From positions 44,077 to 108,076 of IMG/VR virus record IMGVR_UViG_3300042330_000854: a DNA stretch of 64,000 nt, one strand, 5' to 3'. This document shows, in pieces, positions 57,518 to 64,000 of this stretch. The translations under genes and the position numbers were made by a program. This DNA is from a virus. Position 1 is the stretch's first letter. Each line of letters starts with the position of its first letter. The notes beneath the pieces are model-generated. The model was not told the DNA's origin, did not search any database, and saw only the letters and a list, made by a program, of their open reading frames with translations.

Positions 57518-57829
57518 ATGAAATATATTTATTATATTAATAATATAAAATACGAAACCGATTATAAAAATCAAATTCCTTTTTATAAAATTTCATCACC
57601 TGATGAAAATACACCTGCTTATGAAGTTTTAGAAACAGGTCAAAAACTTTGGTGTGAAAAAGACGGAATTTGGCATCGATTAACGGGACCAGCGCATATT
57701 TTTCCTAATGGAGATAAATGGTTTTATTTAAATGGAAGGCATTATGGGGATGATGTTACATTTTGGCTTAAACATCATCCAAATCAAACAAATGCCTTCC
57801 AAGTGGAAATGTTGCTAAAATACACATAA
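57518..57829 (+). CDS. HRLTGPA-family protein, copy 18 (tail B)
   Basis: HRLTGPA...HPNQTNAFQVEMLLKYT. Confidence 0.9.
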   Translation: MKYIYYINNIKYETDYKNQIPFYKISSPDENTPAYEVLETGQKLWCEKDGIWHRLTGPAHIFPNGDKWFYLNGRHYGDDVTFWLKHHPNQTNAFQVEMLLKYT

Positions 57830-57938
57830 TTTGATATTTCTAATAAATTTTCTATTCATGGAGAGCCGCAGAAAACAAAGAAATATTGAATGAGTTCTTA
57901 CAACTGCAACTTAACAAAAATTAAATTTAAAAAAGTGC
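57830..57938 (+). repeat. intergenic element Y, copy 2
   Basis: Near-identical to 42853-42960. Confidence 0.9.
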
Positions 57939-57990
57939 TTGACAAGAACAGGAAAATTTTCTATATTGGTTTCATCAAGACGGAAACGTC
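57939..57990 (+). promoter_or_regulatory. early promoter cassette plus GACG-GAAA-CGTC stem-loop
   Basis: TTGACA-17-TATATT with GAAAATTTTC; GNRA hairpin. Confidence 0.88.
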
Positions 57991-58015
57991 GCAACCGAAC
58001 AAAGGAGAATGAATT

Positions 58016-58293
58016 ATGGAACTTCGCTTTAATGCCGCCGCTGTGGAATTGCTGAACCTTAATGCCGTTCGCGCCCTTCGTTACGATTCCCTTGAACGCA
58101 AGCGACCAAATCCCGTGCCATATTTACCGAAACAACGGTAAATGTTTCGCGCGAACTTTTGAACGCCCTTGGCGTTACTTCGGTTCAAAAGGGTAAATTT
58201 GTTCTGAAGTTTTTCGGTGCAGGCTTTTATGAATTGCTACCCATTCCTGTGAGCGAAATTCAAGTTGGTGATGCGATTGTAACCGTTCGTTAA
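58016..58293 (+). pseudogene. frameshifted early gene (MELRFNAAAVELL... continuing as ...RAIFTETTVNVSRELL...DAIVTVR)
   Basis: AAGGAG SD; frame 0 stops at 58141; the -1 frame is open 58096-58293 with the same GC-richer codon style. Confidence 0.65.
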
Positions 58294-58324
58294 GAAAAAC
58301 TTCTAATTTATAATGGAGAATTAA

Positions 58325-58783
58325 ATGTTTAAAAATAAAAAAATTTTTATAATTGGGGGAATCTGTTTACTTCAATTTGTCTTATTTTTATTGGTTATAG
58401 GTATAGTAAAAAACAATAGATTGCGGAATGATAATCTAACTGAGTTTTACAATCAAAAAAATATTTTAGAAAATAGTTCAATCATTCGTTGTTCAACTAA
58501 TTCTGTTACTGAGTTAGCTAATTTCCAAATTATTACAAGCAGCGCTAGTAATCAAGGCAATTATCGAATTAAAGTAATTGTTAAAACTTCATCTAATGAG
58601 TATGAAATTTTACATATTGATCATGATTATTATTATGTAATTGCTTATTATGAAAAATTATTTTCAAATGATGAAATTAACGAAATTGTTGGTATTGCTT
58701 CAAAAAAATTACTAGAAAATTGTAAAGTTAAATTTAAAAATAATCATGATGATTTAAATCAACTAAAACAATTGTTAAACTAA
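58325..58783 (+). CDS. membrane-anchored hypothetical protein
   Basis: GGAG SD, N-terminal TM. Confidence 0.7.
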   Translation: MFKNKKIFIIGGICLLQFVLFLLVIGIVKNNRLRNDNLTEFYNQKNILENSSIIRCSTNSVTELANFQIITSSASNQGNYRIKVIVKTSSNEYEILHIDHDYYYVIAYYEKLFSNDEINEIVGIASKKLLENCKVKFKNNHDDLNQLKQLLN

Positions 58784-58812
58784 AAAGGGGGAGAATTAAT
58801 TCTCCCCCTTTT
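58782..58812. terminator. bidirectional terminator
   Basis: A-tract GGGGGAGAATTAATTCTCCCCC T-tract. Confidence 0.88.
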
Positions 58813-58815
58813 CTT

Positions 58816-61092
58816 TTATAATCCAGCACGACGAAAAATATTTTCTTCGTCTAAAGTAAATTCTGTATCTTGTAATAAATCCAAACCTTCATGATCGATA
58901 AATTCTGGACCACTAACAACACCTTCGTCTTCTTCATGTAAATCATCAATTACATTAAATCCTTTTATTTCAATCATTGGTACAATTTCTTGATATAAAC
59001 TGCGAATTTGTTGAGGATAATTATCAGCATCTGCACCTGGAATTCCTAAATCACTTAATGCATTTTCAGTAAAATGATTTAATGCAGAAATTATATCACT
59101 TTTATATAAAGTTTTTTCTTCATCCATTAAATCAACTCCATTGGTGTGAAATAATCCATGACCCAAGTCTTGATCAATATAATTTAAAAATTCTTCAATT
59201 GGGAAGTTTTCAAAAAATGCTTCAGCATCTTGATCATAATAATCTTCATCCGTTGCATACGGATCAGCATATGCTTCTTCAATTTCAAAATCTTCAGCAG
59301 TTAATTCTAAATCATTATTTTCTAAAATTTCATCTTCTTCTGAAGGCGATGTATCAGAACTTTCTTTAACATTAGCCCAAGCAGAATCTAATTCATCTTC
59401 TAAATTGTCTAAATCATCTTCAGATAATGCAGCTTTTTTAGTTAATAATAAAGGTTTTTCTCGTTCATCTTTTTTCTTATCACGAGGCTTACCATTATGA
59501 TTTAACCAATCAGTAGGAGCTTCCTCAACAAAATCATCATCACTTAAACCTAAATCGAATTCTTCTTCAATTGCGTCTTCAGTTAACCAATTTTCAAAAT
59601 CTTCCATTTCATCACTTGAAACTTCATCTTCATTTAATGCCCAATCTTGTAATGCTTTTATTTCTGGATTTTTAGTTTCTAAACTTATATTTGCAGTTTC
59701 AACTAATTTTCCACCTGCTGCTTTAATAAACATACCAGCTAATGCTTGTAAATTTTTCAAAGAACCGGGTTTAATTCTACCGGGATTTTCCAATTGATCG
59801 CCAACCCAACTTGCTAAATTACCTAATTCACTGTCTGAAACATAAGCGGTTAAATCACTTAATTTTTGACTTAATTGATCATTTAAATTAAAAAATTTAG
59901 TGCGTTCGTGCCATTTTACAGGTCGAGTAAATTTTACATCTCCACGTTGTAAAAGTTCAATTAAACGACGCGGCCATTCACGATCAGCAATTTTAATTGT
60001 TGGTTCAGAATAAGAAAAATCTTTATCATCATCTTCAAACAAATTCCAAACGCGAGCTAATGAATTTAATTGGCTTTCAGTTAAATCAATTTTTAAAGTT
60101 TCAACAATTTCATTAGTTAAAGTATCTAAAGCATCACCTTCTAATAATGGATATTCTGGTAAATTAGCAACAGCACTTTCATAAGTGCGACCACCACGAC
60201 CAATTTTTCTAAATGTGTTTTTTGTTTTACTACAATTTTCAGAAATTTTATTAGCAATTGGATTGGTTTTTGGTAATTGATTTAATACTTGATTTAAATT
60301 TTGAAAATCTTTTGCCATATTTGCGATTTGGCAACCAATGGCATCGGCAAAACTTCCACCTTGATTAACGTGTTGTGTCATTGCACGACCAGCATGTAAA
60401 TTATTTGTTGGCATTAAAAATCTTTCTAATTGTGAATTTTCAATAAAAACTTGTGAAACATTTCTTCCACGACCACCAATAATATCTTCTCTGATTGGAC
60501 GGGAATGACGAACAATCATGCGCGCATTTTCCAATTTTAAATAAGAACTTTTAGAAGTGCCATGCATACTTTCATAAAGATTTAAATCTTTATCAGAAAC
60601 ATTATCATAACGCACACATAAAATTTCTGCGTCTGGATAACCTAAATTTTTACGGCGTGAAATTGCATTTTGATAAACATCGCCTGCGGTTTCAAAAATC
60701 ATTACTGGATGATCTTTACATTTAAAATCAACTTTTACTTTCATCTTTTCTTCCTCAATTATTGCACCAGTAGAAAAATTTTTTGGTGTGATTTGATTGT
60801 TACTGCGCTGGAAATTAAATAGTAAACCAAACTTATTTGATAATATTCTTAATTGACGGGTTAATACTAATAATTCAGCATATTCAACATCTTGATTAAT
60901 ATAAAATCTTAAACTAGATGTTTCAGGGTCTTCATTAATACTAACCATTATTCCAGGTTCAGGAATATAAAACTTGCGCGCACCTGAAGGTTCATAAACA
61001 TGATTGCCTTCTTGATCATACATAGTTATCCTGAAACTTCTTGAATGTAAAATACGAAATATTTCTTCCGCAATTACCGAATAATTAGCCAT
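58816..61092 (-). CDS. large late protein with acidic C-terminus (probably head/virion-related)
   Basis: GTSKSSY...IVRHS...R.R....FIEN...ERF...AGRAM..HV..GG; divergent from terminase across a TAAATA palindrome. Confidence 0.7.
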   Translation of the reverse strand: MANYSVIAEEIFRILHSRSFRITMYDQEGNHVYEPSGARKFYIPEPGIMVSINEDPETSSLRFYINQDVEYAELLVLTRQLRILSNKFGLLFNFQRSNNQITPKNFSTGAIIEEEKMKVKVDFKCKDHPVMIFETAGDVYQNAISRRKNLGYPDAEILCVRYDNVSDKDLNLYESMHGTSKSSYLKLENARMIVRHSRPIREDIIGGRGRNVSQVFIENSQLERFLMPTNNLHAGRAMTQHVNQGGSFADAIGCQIANMAKDFQNLNQVLNQLPKTNPIANKISENCSKTKNTFRKIGRGGRTYESAVANLPEYPLLEGDALDTLTNEIVETLKIDLTESQLNSLARVWNLFEDDDKDFSYSEPTIKIADREWPRRLIELLQRGDVKFTRPVKWHERTKFFNLNDQLSQKLSDLTAYVSDSELGNLASWVGDQLENPGRIKPGSLKNLQALAGMFIKAAGGKLVETANISLETKNPEIKALQDWALNEDEVSSDEMEDFENWLTEDAIEEEFDLGLSDDDFVEEAPTDWLNHNGKPRDKKKDEREKPLLLTKKAALSEDDLDNLEDELDSAWANVKESSDTSPSEEDEILENNDLELTAEDFEIEEAYADPYATDEDYYDQDAEAFFENFPIEEFLNYIDQDLGHGLFHTNGVDLMDEEKTLYKSDIISALNHFTENALSDLGIPGADADNYPQQIRSLYQEIVPMIEIKGFNVIDDLHEEDEGVVSGPEFIDHEGLDLLQDTEFTLDEENIFRRAGL

Positions 61093-61144
61093 TTAATTAC
61101 CTACACTTTTTAAATATTTAAAGAATTAATCAAGGAAAACGCAA

Positions 61145-61510
61145 ATGGTAGAAAATACAAACATAAAATCACCAAATATCATTCAAGAATTTACTGAATT
61201 TCAAAAAGAAGAAATTCTTAAAAGTAAACATGATCCACTTTACTTTATCCAAAATTATGTGAAAATTAACACGCGCCAAGGTTTAAAACTTTTTGATATG
61301 CATGATTACCAAAAAGAAATTATCGATAATGTTCATAATTATGATAACAGCCTAATTTTAGCCGGGCGTCAACTCGGAAAATGCTGTGATTTCAATGGGT
61401 TAGTAGATGTTCTTAAAGTAAAACATGAAGAACGAACAATTTTAGGATTACTAAAAAGATTTTTATTGAAAATATTCTTTCGATCTGTATATACTAAAAT
61501 ATATAACTAG
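61145..61510 (+). CDS. terL: large terminase N-terminal fragment (79 aa) plus 42-aa split-intein N-part
   Basis: gp17-like DPLYFIQNYVKI...LF.M.DYQKE...GRQLGK, then C at 61382: CCDFNGLVDV...ERTILGLLKRF; stop at 61510. Confidence 0.85.
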   Translation: MVENTNIKSPNIIQEFTEFQKEEILKSKHDPLYFIQNYVKINTRQGLKLFDMHDYQKEIIDNVHNYDNSLILAGRQLGKCCDFNGLVDVLKVKHEERTILGLLKRFLLKIFFRSVYTKIYN

Positions 61511-61519
61511 AAAGTAAAA

Positions 61520-62218
61520 TTGATGATAAAATTAACTAAACAAGAACTTAAAATTTTAATTGATTGTAAAGAAGGCAATTCGTTTAAAATTCAAAAATTA
61601 AAAAAATCACATAATGACTTATTTGAGAAATTAAAAATTCTTCCAGAAAGCTCAAGCAAAAGAAATATTATTTTAGAAGCATATGTTGAAGAATATAGTT
61701 TTCTTCAACAAAGTAATAATTTAAGAAACTTTTTCAAAGTGTTAAATGAAAAAGGAGTTTCAAGACAAAAACGCGCCTTAGAAAAATATCCTTATTTATA
61801 TGAACAAATTATTACCTATATTAATAGTTTACCAACTATAATACAAGAAAATGTATCATTTGGTGAATTATTAGATTGTTGGATTGAAAATTCATATGAA
61901 AAATACGCTTGGTTAGTTGGACAAGAAGGTTATGACTACTTAGTTTGCCCAGAATGCGGGAAACGAGTTCAAGAAATAAATCTAAGTCATGCTAAAATGC
62001 ATGGATTTAATTCAATCGCAGAATTATTAGAAAAACATAATATGCGTTCAGGTAAAGCACAAAGCCAACACGATAGAATAAAAGGAGAAAACAATCCAGC
62101 TTATCAACATGGCGGTAAAAATTCTCCGTTTAGTGAAAAATACATTGCTTATGAAAATCTAACAGAAGACGAAAAAAAGCAAAAAATTAAAAATACTTAT
62201 AGCAAAATACATAGTTAA
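61520..62218 (+). CDS. homing-endonuclease-associated DNA-binding protein (truncated paralog of the next gene)
   Basis: YLVCPECG...H.KMHG...KGENNPAYQHGGK.SP shared with 62229-63560; no nuclease domain. Confidence 0.75.
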   Translation: MMIKLTKQELKILIDCKEGNSFKIQKLKKSHNDLFEKLKILPESSSKRNIILEAYVEEYSFLQQSNNLRNFFKVLNEKGVSRQKRALEKYPYLYEQIITYINSLPTIIQENVSFGELLDCWIENSYEKYAWLVGQEGYDYLVCPECGKRVQEINLSHAKMHGFNSIAELLEKHNMRSGKAQSQHDRIKGENNPAYQHGGKNSPFSEKYIAYENLTEDEKKQKIKNTYSKIHS

Positions 62219-62228
62219 GGAAAACAAT

Positions 62229-63560
62229 ATGCTTACAAATGAAGAAATATTACAAATAAAAAATGATATTATAAATCAAACATTTAATATATCAAAAGTA
62301 AATCAACCATTACAAAACAAAATAAAAAGTTTTACTACTAAACATAATATAATTAAAATACTAACATGTATAGTTTTAGAATATGAATTTATTTCTAATA
62401 ATAATAATTTCAGAGATTTTTATAAATTTTTAGAAATACCAAAAAAATCAAAACAAGAAATAAATTTTAAGAAATATCCAAATTTATATGCAGAAATTAA
62501 AAACTATATAGAAACTATGCCAATAGAAATTAGAAATAAAATTACTTTTGGTGAACAAATTGATTGTTGGTTAGACAATTCATATGAAAAATATTCTTGG
62601 ATAGTAGGTAAAGAAGGTTATGACTACTTAGTATGTCCTGTTTGTAATTCTCGGTTACAAGAAATATCATTTAATCATGTTAAAATGCATGGGTTTAATT
62701 CAGTTGCAGAATTTCTTAAAAAATATAATATGAAAACAAATAAAGCGCAATATCATTGTGACAGATTAAAAGGCGAAAATAATCCTGGTTATCAACACGG
62801 CGGAAAATATTCACCATATAGCGAAAAATTTATTAATTATCAACATTTGGATGAACAAGAACGTAAAAAAGTAGCGCATGAAAAAATGATATGCGCGCTC
62901 GATAGTATTCCAGTTGAAAAACAAAACACAAGAATTGAATATTATATGCACAAAGGTATGACTTATGAAGAAGCAGTTAAGGCAAGAGCAAATCGCCAAT
63001 CAACTTTTTCTTTAGACAAGTGCATTGATCGATTAGGCCAAGAAGAAGGACAAAAACGTTTTCTTAAAAGACAAACGCAATGGTTGAAAACATTAGATGA
63101 TAAAACCGAAGAAGAAAAAGAAAGAATTTTACGATTAAAAGCAACAACTAAAAAAGGCGGTAAAAGTAAAATTGCCATTGAGTTATGTAAAGCCTTAGAT
63201 CGTCCTGGCGCATTTTGGGGCACCGTTGATAAAAATCAACCAGGAGAAAAAATGTTTGCGGTTAATGAAGGCGCGGTAAAAAGAATAATGGTTGATTTTT
63301 GTTTTGAAAATAAAATTATTGAATTTTATGGTGATTACTGGCATCAAAATCCTGTTAGATTTAAACCAACAAATAAAATAATTTCAAGGAGCGACGGCGA
63401 TAAAAAATTTATTACAGCCCAAGAAAAATGGAATTTAGACGCGCAAAGAGTTCATTGGTTAGAAAACAAAGGATATATGGTTAAAATTATTTGGGAACAT
63501 GATTATAGAAAAAACTCAGATAAGATTGTAAAAGAATGTTTAGAGTTCTTATCCAATTAA
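62229..63560 (+). CDS. homing endonuclease with C-terminal Vsr/DUF559-like nuclease
   Basis: SKIA.E...VDF...IIEFYGDYWH.NP...D..R...GY.V.IIWEHDY. Confidence 0.85.
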   Translation: MLTNEEILQIKNDIINQTFNISKVNQPLQNKIKSFTTKHNIIKILTCIVLEYEFISNNNNFRDFYKFLEIPKKSKQEINFKKYPNLYAEIKNYIETMPIEIRNKITFGEQIDCWLDNSYEKYSWIVGKEGYDYLVCPVCNSRLQEISFNHVKMHGFNSVAEFLKKYNMKTNKAQYHCDRLKGENNPGYQHGGKYSPYSEKFINYQHLDEQERKKVAHEKMICALDSIPVEKQNTRIEYYMHKGMTYEEAVKARANRQSTFSLDKCIDRLGQEEGQKRFLKRQTQWLKTLDDKTEEEKERILRLKATTKKGGKSKIAIELCKALDRPGAFWGTVDKNQPGEKMFAVNEGAVKRIMVDFCFENKIIEFYGDYWHQNPVRFKPTNKIISRSDGDKKFITAQEKWNLDAQRVHWLENKGYMVKIIWEHDYRKNSDKIVKECLEFLSN

Positions 63561-63589
63561 AAAAATTTTATAAAAATTAACGATTATGC

Positions 63590-63620
63590 AAGAAGAGAAA
63601 ATTATAATTTTCTCTTCTTG
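63590..63620 (+). terminator. hairpin after endonuclease genes
   Basis: AAGAAGAGAAAATT-AT-AATTTTCTCTTCTT. Confidence 0.7.
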
Positions 63621-63652
63621 TTTTTCTTTGTAGATAATGGTATAATTTTAAG

Positions 63653-63970
63653 ATGATAACTTTATTAGAAAAAATTCATTTATTAATTGATAGTTTACAA
63701 GATATGGGTTTTGAAACTTTTAGATACAATACACCTGAAAAGAAATTTACAATTGAATATTTTGATGAGCGTTTGACTATTATTGTTAATAATAACTTTG
63801 TTATAGATTTTTTAAGCCCAAATGAAGAAAAATTTATCGATCAATATGAATTTAATAAATTTTTAAAATATTATTTTTTAAATTTTGGTGATCTTTCTTT
63901 AGATGAATATTATAATTTAATGCAAATGAATGAAACAGAAATAATATTGGATTTATTACAAGATGAATAA
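63653..63970 (+). CDS. hypothetical protein ending YNLMQMNETEIILDLLQDE
   Basis: ORF; tail-A-like C-terminus. Confidence 0.7.
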   Translation: MITLLEKIHLLIDSLQDMGFETFRYNTPEKKFTIEYFDERLTIIVNNNFVIDFLSPNEEKFIDQYEFNKFLKYYFLNFGDLSLDEYYNLMQMNETEIILDLLQDE

Positions 63971-64000
63971 TTTAGAAAAATATTAAAAATATATTATGAA

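Noticed and set aside
6928-57829. Diversity-generating retroelement as the source of family variation
   Set aside because: No reverse transcriptase or template repeat in the window; adenines in conserved motifs (CATCGATTAACTGG) are invariant; copies differ by indels and at all bases
61508-61522. Genome-wide TAG recoding suggested by the in-frame TAG after the terminase fragment
   Set aside because: TAG ends a conserved ...WFLQN gene at 42067 where paralogs use TAA; long genes are intact in the standard code; no suppressor tRNA seen

Overview
A 64-kb, very AT-rich slice of a jumbo myophage genome with a T4-like core. The gene set resembles the RAK2/GAP32/Atu_ph07-type jumbo phages, and bS21 hints at an alphaproteobacterial host (both are inference). 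The standard genetic code fits. Core genes: gp41-like helicase, gp61-like primase, gp62-like clamp-loader subunit, rIIA, tail sheath, tube-like protein, gp6-like baseplate wedge, tail-spike proteins, M15 peptidase, and a family-C (DnaE) polymerase core split into two distant genes. The large terminase appears only as an N-terminal fragment ending in a short split-intein-like segment, followed by two paralogous homing-endonuclease-type genes. A tRNA cluster (254-5205) includes a tRNA-Ser split by a nuclease gene. The most striking unexplained feature is a dispersed paralogous family: 18 genes plus 2 partial copies of a ~100-aa 'YYIDG...SSPDENTPA...HRLTGPA...HPN' scaffold, with variable positions between the motifs and two interchangeable C-terminal tails. 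These genes are physically tied to a 15-copy sigma70 promoter cassette with a GAAAATTTTC palindrome, and to two duplicated non-coding elements. Accessory genes include a stand-alone early-expressed Csx16 (candidate anti-type III CRISPR ring nuclease), bS21, a periplasmic binding protein and a kinase-less multi-PAS protein. All assignments come from motif recognition by eye; no database searches were run.
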